The position numbers and the translations under genes are program-made. Below the pieces are notes generated by a model. It was given only the letters and a program-made list of their open reading frames with translations, was not told where the DNA came from and searched no databases. A stretch of 45,854 nucleotides of DNA, the filler included, from Sphacelaria rigidula (taxonomy: Eukaryota), in NCBI GenBank assembly GCA_964200075.2. It is 2 parts of 2 records of this genome, joined end to end, with 100 filler letters (N's around TTAATTAATTAA, not from the genome) between each part and the next. Parts side by side here need not be neighbours in the genome. Positions count along the whole stretch, not along the records: positions 1 to 22,881 come from CAXNAA020000303.1; 1 more part is not named here. One strand, written 5' to 3'. Shown one piece after another: positions 1-13,253 of this stretch (position 1 is its first letter; every line of letters starts with the position of its first letter).

Positions 1-112
1 TCATGATCATGCATGCCATAGTCATAAGGCCATTATACCGGGGGGGGGGGGGGCGTACTCATTTGTTGCTTGCCTTAGTCGTTTGACCATTGACCACGCA
101 TCCCTTTCGAGA
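1..112 (+). repeat. Poly-G-headed dispersed repeat family A
   Basis: TCATGATCATGCATGCCATAGTCATAAG and G(n)TACTCATTTGTTGCTTGCCTTAGTC...CCATTGACCACGCATCCCTTTCGAGAC. Recurs at about 1042, 1320, 16755, 17745, 18270, 22515 and 41773. Confidence 0.8.
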
Positions 113-574
113 CATGGTTGGCGGTTAGCGAGAGTCATGCAAGACTTACAAAACTATCCCGTAGTCATGCGGTGGCATGTTGCCATGGTCAAGGGAGCAA
201 GATGCATGTTTTTATTCATATACTGTTCTCTCGTGTTTGCTGATCCCCCTCGTTACAGGCATGGCCATATTTACAGCTGGCGCGACTACTGCTGTCGATT
301 TTGCTGTACTATACAGTACTGGAACAATAAAGTGCCGCTGGCCGTGGCTTACGCACGAATAAATGTGACGCGCAGTACATAAGTCGCAGGGCCTAACCTA
401 CGAAAGCGTTGTCTCCACCGAACAAAACTACTCCGGATCTCCTCATCCTTCCCCCCCCCGCCCTTCAGAAAGCTTGTCCGTTCAGCGTCCCATGGGGAAC
501 CTGAGCGGTGAAGAGGCTGCTGAAACGAGCGAAAAAGGCGAACCAACTCTCGGGCTTGTCGGTCATTGTAAAGT

Positions 575-740
575 AGTACAGCGAGGGTCCCGCCACAGTG
601 CGGTCAAAATCACTTTGCCGCAGGTCCGATCCGCTACGCTAATACCAAGTAATCGCACTAGAGCATAACAACATAGTGCGGGGTCCCACCGTAGTGCGGT
701 CATGCCGGGCTGGCGACCCGACCGCACTAAGCGGGGATTC
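575..740 (+). repeat. Dispersed repeat; partner at about 26972-27135
   Basis: Shared TAATACCAAGTAA..GCACTA and GCGGGGTCCCA...TAGTGCGGT blocks. Confidence 0.6.
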
Positions 741-767
741 GCACCGTGCGCATGAGTATGACAACTG

Positions 768-1018
768 CTATCGTCTCCTTCTTTGCTCTCCAACTGAAAA
801 GCGTTCTCTACTGTATCGGTCTCGGTCGATACCATCTTCTTTATCCTCTCCGATGTTGTTGCACACGTCGAACGCTAGGAACACCGTCAGTATCAGGCAC
901 ACCGCAAAGATTACCGATATTCCCGCTTGTTCATCTTCTTCTGGTAGTCGGTCCCACCGATATTCCACCTGAAAATTGACCCCATTATCCTCCACTGCCG
1001 AGTCTCCAGTGGGTACAT
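768..1018 (-). CDS. NPU-like protein exon 4, terminal (YVPTGD...VEYRWDRLPEEDEQAGISVIFAVCLILTVFLAFDVC...QRRRR*)
   Basis: Acceptor ATCCAG| in phase 1. VxYxW...E.D..AG followed by a hydrophobic TM helix matches NPU VRYTWKEQSEIDVSSGFYVLF. Stop at 768-770. Confidence 0.85.
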
Positions 1019-1041
1019 CTGGATAACACACGAGAGAGGCC

Positions 1042-1400
1042 AGGGGGGGAGAGGGGGTGTACTCATGATCATGCATGCCCTAGTCATAAGACCATTGCCG
1101 GGCGTATTCATTTGTTGCTTGCCTTAGTCGTTCAACCATTGACCACGCATCCCTTTCGAGACGGAGCAAGGGGGGAGAGGGGGGGGGGGGGGGGGAGCTC
1201 ATTTGTGGTTCGCCTTAGTCTGTACACCATTTCCGACGCATCGATTTTGAGGCAGATCACACTCCNNNNNNNNNNTGTGTCGTTGCGCGGCGTGTTGTCT
1301 CGGGGCTACCGGTGGTGGGGGGGGGTGGGGGGGGGGGGGTACTCATATGTTGCTTGCCTTAGTCGTTCAACCATTGACCACGCATCCATTTCGAGACAGA
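1042..1400 (+). repeat. Repeat family A cluster (includes a 10-N gap at 1266-1275)
   Basis: Several family A units, each preceded by a G run. Confidence 0.75.
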
Positions 1401-4128
1401 GCACCGTTCCCAACCCTGATAGAGACACCTCCAACATTTCGGTTCCCATTCTTTCTCTTCTATATATGACACAAAAAACCTTTCACGTATCTTATCCCCG
1501 TCCTGTTTCGCCTTGTGTGGGCACCACCCATCTCCTAGTACAGCCATCGTTTTCTCCCTGCTCTCTAATGCATCAAATGATTTTATGCCACCTTCGTTCA
1601 CGTCCCGCATTTTCCCCTCTACCACGTCCCGTTTCTCCCCTTGGGAAGGGCGCGCGGGGGGGGGGGGTCACAGTGTACTGGTCGGACAAAAGAAGACGGC
1701 GACCGAGGTTTCAAAATCGAAAACTGGCTCGAAGTACGGTGCAGGGTATTCGAAGACAACAAAATATTGAAACATTAAGTTGCTGGGAAAAGAAAGAAAT
1801 GTGTTCGAGTCATCGAGATCTTTTCCATCGGTGGAAAACTAAGAGAGCGAGAGGACAACTCAACGGAAGATGACAGTGGAAAGCTAACAGTGTGAACGGA
1901 CGACTCCATGGAAGATGACAGGGTGATCTTTTCTCGGGTATCCACGACGGGGATGCAAACAAGAGCCTGCATTCTGATTTCTCCTCTTTCGAAGGTCGAG
2001 GTTTTTCGAGTTTTTTAAAAACTTTTTCACCGTTTTTCGGAGGTCCCAGTTTTTTCCGGGAAACATCGATCCAATCGTACACCCGTGAAACGATGAAGAA
2101 AAAGAAGAAAAAAAAAACGTTCATCCAAAGCTGCGTAATGACCCATAGCACAGTTGTGCAAAAATTCAGAGTCTAACCCCTTAAAACGGTGTGAAGTTTT
2201 TTGCTTTTGTGCGATAAACTTTGACATGCCGCGGCGAAACCGCAATCTACTTGATTTTAGTACCAAAACGGCATTTTTGGATCTTCTTTGACGTGAACAT
2301 GAAAATTGAAGCATCAGTTGATCGAGTTTTGCGACGAAATTTTGTGGGGCCCATCCTTGGGTTTTGCAACGACAGCTCGTTCACGAACAAATGGGAAAAA
2401 AAATGTATCGTAGTACCGGTTTTCCCGGGGTCACAGAATGGAGACTACTTCGAAAATCGAATTGGATCCCGTCGGACCCTCGAAAAACGGTGAAAAACGC
2501 AAGAAGCAAAAAAAAAATCGGTTATAGAACGTTTCGGGATGATACTTAACATTTTTGTGCAAAGTTTCAGGATCTAACTTATGATAACGGCACGAAGGTT
2601 TGCGCGTTCGTGGAGGAGGTGGGCTTGGAAGATGCAACTCCTAACTACTTGGTTCAGGTATGGAAATGTCTGTTGGGGTGAATTTTACGTCAAGGCAAGA
2701 ACAACTGTATGAAGTTTTCGAGTTTCTCCGCCAAACTTTGTACATGTGTTTCTTGGACTATCCCGGGACGCATCGTTTCATCATATTTCTTTTAGAGCAT
2801 TCTGTACCAACTTTTGGGGGTCTTCATACGGGGACCCCCGGAAGCCGATAGAGAACGGAAAAAGCATGAAATATTGTCAAAAATACAATTTTTCCGCTTG
2901 GAGCACCAATACCTACGGAACTGCCAAGTTTGAGGGCGATCGGATCTTTTCTACAGCAGATATAGGGGACACCGTCACGAGGCTTCCTTGGTCTTTCGTG
3001 CGTATCATTGGTGGAAAATAGACGACGCCAACATCTGACATCACCGAAACATCACGGTTTGGGGTATAACTCGACCCCCCTGGTAACCGTTTCAAAATAT
3101 GTTTTTTTCGTTATATTTCCGAGCCGATGACAGTTACAACGATTTTAAGCACGAAGAGATTGGGTGAAAATTGGGCTTAGAATTCGTAATTTCGATCTCG
3201 GAACAATTTGACGGGCGCTGATTGGTCAATATACATTTTCGCCCCTAGCGCTTCCACTTTGTCCTTACACGAAAATCTGGCTATGTCACGCTCTTCAGCT
3301 GTCCATGGCGGTCAGTATGATATAATGTATGCGACTATTGGGTAGGTATTGCCAAGGGCATTTGCTGATGACACAATTTTGGGTGATAAGCGTGAACCAG
3401 CCTGTAAGACCAAAAATGTTTTCGTGAGATTGAAAGTAGAGCATAGTGGGTTTTATCTTTCGCTTGAACTTGAGCATTTATTCGTTCTGTGTGTGCGTTC
3501 CTCTGCCTGTTAACACTGGCGTGTGCTGACAGCTACACGTCGACATCCTACTCAGGGATATCAAGGGCTTCAGTGGCAAGCTACTGTACTACAGAAAGCG
3601 TATCGAGCCTCGTGGAGAGTCATCTCGGAACTAAAACGACTAATTCACTAATTGACCGCCTCTCACTCTCGATCGTATCCTCTACTCTCAATCTCACGAA
3701 AACAGTGTTGACCGCGCACATGATATTGATAGCCACAAGTTCCACGAGAGACCATACCAGCAGTGCGTGAAAATCGGGGCTCAAAGCACACCGCCTTGGG
3801 TGTTGTTGCTATTGACCAAGGTTTGCTTTCTTCTCAGTCGTCTCGCACCGCGAGAAATTCGACGTGCGCTTGGAAAAAAAAACACCCTGTTCCGACATCT
3901 ACAATACTAGCTGACCTAGCGAATGGACCTAGTTCCACACGCAAGTGCCATCATTGAGCAACCGTCACGAAGGGCCTAGGGTAACCACGCAGGTAATTCC
4001 GTACACTTACCAAAAACAACTCAGCTCTACATGAGACTCTTTGCCAGCAAGGCAGGCAAACACGCTGTTGAAATGAAAGCCAGGAATATGGCGGAATCTA
4101 GAGAAAAGTGTGGCTGTCGCGCACTCAC

Positions 4129-4271
4129 ATGTGGGTGTGGAGCGTATCCTGACTATTTCTCCAGCGGCGCAGATGAACGTAAGGACGAGCTTGTGCAGCC
4201 GATCCTTACCGCCCGCTTCTCTTACAGTAACCCACGGCACCATAAAGCGCTCGTGCGCGAATGCCATGGCC
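4129..4271 (-). CDS. NPU-like protein exon 3 (AMAFAHERFMVPWVTVREAGGKDRLHKLVLTFICAAGEIVRIRSTPT)
   Basis: Acceptor CTCAG| completes the Val codon, donor |GTGAGT (phase 1). ERFMVPW resembles NPU EKFLIHW. Confidence 0.85.
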
Positions 4272-4943
4272 CTGAGCAAAGTAACAAGACGTTTCAAATT
4301 ATAGTACATGTTTTAAATTTAACGAACAGGAAAAAAAGTGTTCTACTTCGCGGAGTATCGACTGAGTGAAAAAAATGCGATTGAATCTCCAGGGATCGCT
4401 GGACCCCGTTTCCACGATAACCACCAGCAAGAACGTTCGTGTTGACCGTCATTCGTACGAGGGAATGCTGTGTTGCACAGACAAGCACATGGTTTATCTA
4501 CCATGCCAACTGAGCCGTTCATGAAAAGCCCCACTAGCATATGCCCTGTGAAATCCTGACTACTATCGAGCCTACGTTATTGGCAAGGAAGGTGCACGTG
4601 GATTCTGAATTCAGTCATCATCACTGCGACTCATTGTATATGCCCCGTCGTAAACAGCTAAATAGCTGCTCAGAGCAGTACAGTGCAGTACACCCTGCGC
4701 GCAAAAAAAACACCATACAGTAGGTGAACGGACACATACCGCTTTTTCAAGAAACGCAGTGAACAGTGGCAACAGTTCGCACGAGATCATCTGCTTCTGA
4801 TGATCGGGCTGTAGCCCAACTTTCTTAGGCTTGGCGTACAACCGGCAAGGGACGTGGAAAAATAGTACAAGAAAATAACGGACTACGTTTCTAGTCTCAC
4901 CACACCAACACGAACAGCGTTCCTAACGAGCCACTTCACTCAC

Positions 4944-5065
4944 ACGGCCAACTCCTCCGTGCTCTTGTAGCTCCCCGGAAGGCCCGGGGTAAACGTGAGC
5001 GTTGCCGGTTGGCCGTAGCGTGGCAGGTGCGAGCGTCGCGCTTGATCCCACGGAGTGTTCCATCC
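4944..5065 (-). CDS. NPU-like protein exon 2 (GWNTPWDQARRSHLPRYGQPATLTFTPGLPGSYKSTEELA/V)
   Basis: Acceptor GAGCAG|, donor |GTGAGT (phase 2). TxW...HxPxF/Y pattern matches NPU TTWHDVIGKHCPIF. Confidence 0.85.
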
Positions 5066-5781
5066 CTGCTCATCGGCACAGCCCCGGAATAACGTGGAGA
5101 GGGAATTACGATGCACGTTATTGTGTAGGGAATAGATAAGCAAGGATTGGGTGGGCAGGGACTGATTCAACCGTTGGACGGCCAGGGTGGGGCACGTGGG
5201 GTCTTACAATCATATTTCAAGCGACGACGGTGTCGATTCAGCAGATGACCCACCCAGACGGTCAACGGGTTCACGTTAGTCTCGCCATTGAGCTATCTTG
5301 GCGTGCTGCGTAAACTTGTTCGCCACGTACAGCGCCCGCGCGTAAGCCGTGCGGCCATCCGGTTTGCCGTGAAACGCCACAGATCGATCCTAGTATATAT
5401 CGATTGCTGGGAATACGCAACAGACGAACTATTTTAGTTTAACAACTGGGAGCGAGGACTGGGAATCATGGAAAATTGGAATATACGGCGTATTATCATT
5501 GGGGACGGTATGGCATTCCCAAGCAGCAAAGAGTCGTTCAGCTACGTGTGCTAATGTTAGAACTCCCAGCTTTGACCTTCCGTCGGAGATACTAATTCGA
5601 AAGGCGGGCCTCGCGCCCGAACAGCGAAGTGAGCCTAGCAGGGAAAAAAACGTGGCCGTTATGTGCTGCTCAGGGGCAGTACGTGTACTTCTGAATCGTG
5701 TTGGGTATTTGCTACAGTTCAATGGAGCCGGGTGTGTGCGAGTTCGTTGAAAACCCATAGTTGACACGTACTACTTTCATC

Positions 5782-7445
5782 AAGCTTTATCGTACCCTGT
5801 CCTTACTTTGAATGAAGATTCGAAGGTTATGATCTGTAGGGTACGGGTATGTCCGGTAGGGTATGTGAGATTCCCTGCAGAACTCACGGAATATGTCGGG
5901 TAGGATATGGGAGACTTACAGAACTCACAGAACTGTGGGGTAGGGTATAAGGGTTGCATAGAAAACCAAACTCGCAACCGGATATTTATACAGGGGTATA
6001 CCCGCGCCCCGGGTAAGAATAAACGTTGTCACAGAACTGTCGGGAACCGCGACTACCCGGGAAAATACCCCGGGTATACAAATAACCGTATCCTACAAAA
6101 CACAACCTTGGACGCGACCACCATCAACGTCGATGACCTGCGCCTTGCTACTTGATCCTCCTGGTGAAGCAGGTGAACCGCCCCCACTCGAGCACACCGC
6201 TCGAGTCTGGGGGTGATCCATCTTGACGGTCCGCATTGCTGCTCATAATTCGTGTTCCACTCAACGGTACGTCGTAACCCGTCCGTGTACGAATTTACAT
6301 TTTTGTGGGTGTGTGGTGTTGAGCGAAGGAGGGGAGTTCGACTGAGGGGAGTTCGGGGTGCAAGTTGAGGTTATCAGATTTTGTCGAGATTTAACCTACA
6401 TCCATACCTCCACGGGATATATACTTTTGCTCGCACCTGCATCTGGTATATCCACAAGGGATATCCTAAACCCGGGGATGGGTATGGAGGGCTTACAGAA
6501 CTTACAGATCTGTCGGGTAGGAGTATGAAAGTCTTCAAGGGTGTATTGGGTAGGGTAAATACCCGAGTATTTATTCTCCCAAACTTTTAGGGCTGTGAAC
6601 TGAACCAGTTGATAATGTCAATCAAACTGTAACTTGAGTTAAACTGTAACGGGCGACGAGGGCGCCAGTTTATCAAGTTTACTTGGGGTTTGCCGTTATC
6701 GAATATTTTTATGCCAATTTTAGTGTAGTGAGACTATAAGAAAGGTGCTTATACTACTATTTACAATTTGACTGCACAAATGAGGCCTGCACTGTGCAGA
6801 GGAACATGGGGTATTCATTGAGACGCAGGGCGGTTCGAAGGCGTCGGCGGAATTTTTTCCCGTCGATAGTGCGTTAAGCAGCGATGCACAGCTCCATGCT
6901 CCGTCTTTCCGTGTTTTGGTCGACTTGTGAAGCATGGATAGATCTGGCGTTCTGTGGTAGTACCGTTGCACCTGAAAAACGGGTTTGCCCTGAGCCAGTC
7001 ACAAGTTGACTACTTCACGTGTTCTCTGCTTTTTTTTGTCTCGTCTGTTTCGTTAGTAGCGGTTCGTGGTTCTGCAGCTTTCTATTCTTCCGACGTAGCG
7101 TGTAGCTCGACGGCTGGTCTGTCGAAAGAGTAAAATGAAGAAAGACGGCGGGATGTGTGATTCGGAACTGCCGAGCGCCAAACCCCATTTGCGAATTGTC
7201 CATTGCCATTTGCATTAGGAGCACTTTGAACATGATCCAGGCAGCACATGATTACTCTCAAAGAACTACCCGATTACCGGTGCGGTTTTCTGTAAGCCTC
7301 CCATACCGTACCCGACAAGTTCTGTATTTTCTGTAAGACTGTCAAACCGGTACCCGGCAGTTGTGTAACTTGTGTAAGGAATCCCATACCCTACAGAACA
7401 TACCCGTTTACTATTTATACAGAACACACCGTTGCAAAGTTTAGC
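5782..7445. repeat. Three pieces of a GGGTA/CAGAACT-rich dispersed repeat (about 5782-6110 +, 6400-6590 +, 7268-7445 -) in intron 1 of the NPU-like gene
   Basis: Recurrent GGGTACGGGTATG, CTTACAGAACT and TGTCGGGTA motifs in both orientations. Confidence 0.6.
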
Positions 7446-7760
7446 CGTCACCATGCTCCTGTTGTGAAATGCAAGTCACAAGTAGAGTGAAACATAAGTG
7501 CAAGCGCTGCTTCGGTTTTTCATGTGCGCAGTAGTACAAGACAGTACAAAAATATAGCGAATCAAACACATGAGAAGAGCTACACTGTATTATTGTGCTG
7601 TACTGTCTGTTGTGTGGTACATCTGTAAACAAAATACGCTAGCGTGTTACTCTTGTGCTACAACAACATACGATTCAAAGCAAAAATATGCGAAAACTCA
7701 GCATTTTCGATTTCAGCAGCACGCTGCGGCACTGACACTGGAGGCACATGCTTTTCTCAC

Positions 7761-7889
7761 CTCACCATCAACACCACCCCCGCTCTGTCTTGTAGTATAT
7801 TCCATCGAAATAATATCGCCGACTCCGAACTCTGCAAGTACTGTTGTTGCGCCGACCATAATCATCACCACTAGCCGCTTCAGGAACAT
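7761..7889 (-). CDS. NPU-like protein exon 1 (MFLKRLVVMIMVGATTVLAEFGVGDIISMEYTTRQSGGGVDGE)
   Basis: ATG at 7889, signal peptide with a likely VLA|E cleavage site, GDIISM matching NPU GDIVPM, donor GAG|GTGAGA (phase 0). Confidence 0.8.
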
Positions 7890-9949
7890 ATTTTCATTAA
7901 TCCTTTACTAGATACGGTCCCGTCAAAGAAAGATATGCAGGGTGCAAAAAGTGACGACAGTGCTGATGCAATGGCGTACACCAGGCATATCACTGCCAAA
8001 CTTTCCACACTCTTCTTTTGCAGGAGAACTCCAATGGAGTGGCTACCTTTGTAACTCTACAGCACAGTACAGCACAAGTGTTATGGTACACCATCATTGT
8101 CGGTTCCTATCACGTTGAATAACACACTTTTAGAATTTTGAGAATTCTCGAATTTTCTTCTAGAAAAATATATTAAGAGATGGCTGTCGTTTCGAAAATC
8201 ACCATTTTTCAGACTGAATTCATTGTAATCGAGTGTGTTAGACACATCTACATCACATCTACATCGCATATACAATAAATTCTGTATAAAACCTTGTGCG
8301 TTGACAGCATAGGCAAATACTACGTGGATATTTTTCAGTGTTTGTAATTCTTCGATCTTGATGACCGCGGGTCTGAATATTGGGCGAGTAATATCAGCTA
8401 GTGAAGGAGGGACGGACGGACAGTCCAGCATACAGTCAACGGGTGCGGTACTGCTCGGCCCGGAGGAGGATCTATTTCGAGAGCCCCACATAAGCCCTGA
8501 TTTTCTGGTGAGTATGCGCGGAAAAAAAGGTGAAGTACGTAGCGAAAGTACGGGATAAATCCCAAATCAACTCACTGCCGTGCTCATTCTCATCACCATC
8601 ATCACGAGCTATCTGTATGTCTATCTTTCTCAAGAAAGTATGTTAGAATCATTCTTCCTGTCCTGCACTGCAGAGATCAGCAGGAGCTTTTCTTATCTTT
8701 GCCTACTTCAATGCCAGCTGCACTACTGTTGTGATGGGTTTTGCGCTCTGCAGCGCGCTGCCCTTCGTGTGATCGCCAGCAAGAAATGTAGGAATACGAT
8801 CAATCTGGAATAATCTCAGTTTTTGACGTCGGACAACTTCAATTGTGCTCTGTCTGTGCTGTCTGTACTATACTGCACTGTTGTAACGAACTGTTTGTAC
8901 TCGGCTTTCGACTGAACTGTCGAGGTAACGGTGTCGCGCCTGTTTCGAGCAAAAAGCAGACATACGCCGCCCGTCACATCTCCCAACCGAAGGACGTTCT
9001 GCAGTGTGGTAGCCTAACATAGTCTTCATAGTGCGAAATCAGTTGAGTTTCCCCTCTCCGACGTGAACCAGCTCCGACGTAACCCAGCTTCCCATCCTGC
9101 TGGGTTCGTGCTGAAGGAACGAGTTCAGAGATACTCTCTCAGATTTGATCGCAAACATGTACTCGAACGAAAGATATATTTCCCATTTTTTTCTTCCCAG
9201 CCTCGGGTATCAGCTCTGCGGCGAGTGATGAGTGATGAGAGGCCGGCTGGTTACGCACATTCCTTCTGCTGCTACAGCTGTACTGTTGTACTGACTTTGA
9301 TATACTTTAGTGTTGCTACGAACAGAGCTAGCTTAGACGATGCGGTCTTGCGCTTACCTTCACCTACGTTGCGGGAAGTACTTGCCTACTTACCCCGATT
9401 AATTTCGTTTCGCCGAGATTGATAACGCCTCCGTATCACGCCGACGCGTTGATAACATCACATAACATCGACTGTCTATACTGGACTATACTGGTGCACT
9501 GGGCTGTATTGCTGTTTGTAGCCTTCCTCGGAACGCGGTATCCTCCCGGATATACATTGCAAGTAAGCACGATACGAGTTTTTCATGCAGTATGTGGCGG
9601 CTCGACGTTTCTGTTCGATTGTGGAAATTGTCGTACAATGTTCGGCAGGCAGTTACCATCGCAGCCCCCCCCGTCAACGCGTGCTTGCTTCAAGTCTCGA
9701 CTCTCTCTGCTTTTGTCCTATATCCTGCACATCTCCGAATCTGCAGATCGCTAATTCTTCTTTTGTCTTGCTTTCCGTTGTTCGCTCAACCGCTCGTTTT
9801 TTTTCGGTTGTGGGGGGGGGGGGGTACGACGACAGTAATATTTACATATAACAACACTGGCGAACGGCGCGTAAGAGACAGGTGTTCACGCGAGGGCTCA
9901 CAAGGAAGGGAAAGGGAAGGCGGCGAAATAAACGAAGGAAAAATACCAT

Positions 9950-10006
9950 ATGGCGAACTTACTCTTCATCACCGCCAAAGAGGCTAAGGACCTCAAGAAA
10001 GTTCAG
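9950..10006 (+). CDS. C2-domain protein exon 1 (MANLLFITAKEAKDLKKVQ)
   Basis: ATG at 9950, C2 N-terminal strand ending AKDLK, strong donor CAG|GTAAGC. Confidence 0.85.
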
Positions 10007-12374
10007 GTAAGCTTTTTGTGATGGATAACCCTGAAACCCCCAAGAGCCAGCCGGTGGAGCTGTGGCCAACGTGCCTTTTTCTTCTTTTTAGCTGGGAGCT
10101 CGGAGTATAGTAATATGGCCGTGTCTTACGTTGTGTCTTATCGAGAGCACAAACAGAAGCGGGAACAGGAACAAGCGTCCACGAGCAGCATATTGAATGA
10201 TCGCCGGCCGATCAACATGCTGCTTTTGGACACTTTTTTCCTTTTCCAACTTTTTTTTTGGTCTTGATAGGACACGGTCTCTCATCACATTTATTTCGAC
10301 TCGAAAATATGCGGTCGAATCGCATTGGTCGTAATCAGCCTGTATCTGATACGTCGACGGCGTTCACGTTCTCACATGACTTCAAGTCCATTTTAGAATT
10401 ATTTGCGCGCGACGGGCAGGGTGAAAAAGAGAAAAGCTTGGCCTTTTCGATCGAAAACACGCGGCGGAACGAATGAAGGGGCACATGACTCCTTTGTTAC
10501 AGACAAGCATACCAGATACCACCCTTTCACAGAACTATGCAAAATCCACATGGTTCATTTGCGGCTACCAACTCAAGCCTGCAGCATAGATCAGGAGGTG
10601 AGCACAGGGATACATACATACACAGCAGTGAAAGGGAGCCGAAACTACCACCCTCTTGGCATGAGGTATTTATTTTTTGTTGGCAACAACTTGGGCATCC
10701 ACTTTTGTGGTAGGGTCCACCGACGGAGTTGCGTGCTGGGTGGGCGGCTGAAATGTAAACACGCTCATGAACAGTAGAGGCAGTACAAAAGTGCACGTGG
10801 TTCAATTTTTCTTCACATCTTCCTCTGTGCAGAGAGTGCAGACAGCTCTGCTGTCTGTACTCACGTTGCCCGCTTCTTCCCACGATGCGCCTGCATGCTG
10901 TACGAAACACATGTGCTGTGCTGTGCAGACAGTACAGGCAGCACTTTACTGTATGTATGTATACTGTCTGTATTGAACAAGTGTAAACAAGTACCTCTTC
11001 ACGAATTTCGCTTCACTTTTTCGATCGGAAGCGTGTAAATTCACTCGGACCCAAACACACCAGAACGAACTGCTAAATCAATTCCGTCTCACGAACTCGT
11101 TCGAGTCGAAAAAAAATGATGAGACTCGGCCCGAGTGTTTTTTAAGTTGAGACACAACGCCTAGATAAAAGAGACGGTTGCCACGCACATGCTGCGTGAG
11201 CCACCGTGCCGTGCTAGTTTTTGGTGGTGTTCCAATTCTGACCCCTGATTCATGTACATTGCTTGACCGAAAACCACCTGGATCTTCACTTCTATATAAA
11301 CAGTGGTTGATCGATCTACGGTCGAGCGGCGATATCTGATGCCCACTCGAGGAATTTTAGTGTCGAGGGTTCAATGGTGCGTCAGTGTACGGCAGCTTCT
11401 TAAAGACTGAAAAAAAAACCATGGGAGACGTCGTTTTAGTCAGTTTCCACATACTTTTTTCAGAAAGCGACCTTATAGAGCCATTTTTCGTGAAAAAAGT
11501 GTCTAGAAACTGACAGCTGTTTCAAGACAGCGAGATTTTCCTAAAAGTCTTTGAGAAAAGCGGTCAGTTCTCAGGGACTTTTTCCTGTCTGGGAAGTGAC
11601 GTTCCATGACACACTCCTCGCATACGAGTGTAGTACATTCAGAGCAAAAGTAGCTATGCATGTTGTATGTACAGTACGCTAGCAACAGTATAGCTGCTGC
11701 AGCACTCAATGCATCCTCTTCGTGACCGCAGGACCAGGGACAGACAGGGCAGTACAGGGCTTTCTCGCCGGCAGCGTTACTACTGTAAAATAGCACTGTG
11801 TCGCCCCTGCTAGCTGTATTGACTGCTCGTATCGTTTCACATTCATCGTGCCTGCCACCGATCGTGAACTCTATAGTATTCTTTGTACTGAGACGGTTGC
11901 TACCGCTCTCCTGACTGTCACATGAGTTGTTTGTGTGCGGTATGGCACAAACCGTACTACTGCACACTGCACCGCTTCCGACACTACTATAATACTGTAC
12001 CAAGCGGCGGTAATCTGAAGTAAGGGTTGATATGCCTGTAATTTCGATCCCTATTATACCAGTAGCTACTGTGTGTGTGTGCGCGCGCGTGTGTGTGTGT
12101 TGCCACCCCATCTATCCTGTACCTAGACGGGATTATTTACGTGTTAGTTTACCGCAGGTGGAAGCTGGGACAAGCACAAAATGCAAATGATGACCACTAC
12201 CACCGTCTGCACGTAGGCTAGGTGATGGCCTCGGGTGTACAAATCCCCAGGAGTTTTTCAAAGACCATAGGGTGGGGTTTTTGAGAACCGATTTTTCTGA
12301 GAAAATCCCTCAGAAAAATCGTCTGCCCGAACTTTCTTCAGTTACTTTCTCCAGTCTAAAATAAGCGGCCTAAA

Positions 12375-12410
<36 letters not shown>

Positions 12411-13253
12411 GAAATTAGTTAAGGTGTTCCTCGAGCTGAGAAGGGTATTTATTTCAACGAAACGCATCTTCTTCCTTTTTTCCCTCATTTGTTTTTTCGT
12501 TTTTTTGTGTTCAAAACGACGAAGATGGTCTGTTCACTCTGCTGCAAAACGCTGCCGTCAAAAATGGGCGCAGTTAGTGCTCCGTTACTTTTCGAACACG
12601 CTGCATAACATGAAAGGTGGAGGCGAGAACGGAATCTGATGTTTGCGCAAGCGAAAGAATTTCAGAGGTTCCACTGTCTGGTATAAAGCGGAATGTGGTG
12701 CCCAGGATTGATATGACTACGGGTCAGAGTGGTGAAAAATTCAGTTGAGATGGTAGCACGAAGAGTAATCGCTCGGGAGCAATAAAGCGAACACGGCCAC
12801 CTAGCTAGAGGTGGCACTTTTAACAGGGTGTTCGAAACTGTGTAAAAGTCGGACCAAGTGGGATCAAGTGGGTGTTCGAAAAGCTGCGGTGGTGAGGATT
12901 TGTCGTGGGTTTTTACTCATTCAAAACCACCGAAGAAAACACTTCAACATATATATATATATATGAGCACATGGGGAAACGTAGCTTTTAGTATTACTAT
13001 AGTCTTGTTCCCCGTGTTAATTAGTTTCTTTCTTCCAATCTCTTTTTCAACAAGTACTTCCGCTACTGATATATCGTAACCCTCTGTTGTTGTTTGTCTA
13101 CACGAATATCAGTATTCACCAACACATTGCTCTCTTTTTTTCGACTCCCTTGCGCCTATTTCGTTCCGTTTTCATTTTCTTTTGCTTTTTTTTTTTTTCT
13201 ATCTTGGATAAATTCTTGTGTCCCGGGCCGAACGTGCGCAAAAAAAACAACAG

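Larger units (their letters stand above)
768..7889 (-). other. Gene span: NPU (At3g51610)-like type I membrane protein, 4 coding exons, 214 aa; complement(join(768..1018,4129..4271,4944..5065,7761..7889))
   Basis: Four exons with GT-AG boundaries join in phase (0,2,1) to 645 nt = 214 aa plus stop. The protein has a signal peptide, a lumenal domain and a C-terminal TM helix, and its motif order is colinear with plant NPU as I recall it. Confidence 0.8.

Noticed and set aside
1112..1873. 253-aa plus-strand ORF
   Set aside because: Spans an N gap, G runs and repeat family A, and lies antisense within an intron; no protein-like features.
1960..3260. Probable non-autonomous DNA-transposon relic with internal inverted blocks (about 2020-2050 vs 2470-2500)
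   Set aside because: I could not define termini or a TSD, so it is not annotated as a feature.
4007..4840. Possible degenerate Plavaka/CACTA-like transposase
   Set aside because: The best part (4129-4271) is explained as exon 3 of the NPU-like gene. The remainder has no convincing motif.
6090..6250. GC-rich minus-strand stretch starting MSSNADRQDGSPP
   Set aside because: Short, with no recognisable domain and no phase-compatible place in the NPU-like gene; probably TE debris.
8960..9000. Mini-exon candidate NVLRLGDVTGG for the NPU-like N-terminus
   Set aside because: 7761-7889 gives a better first exon with ATG, signal peptide, the GDIISM motif and the correct phase.
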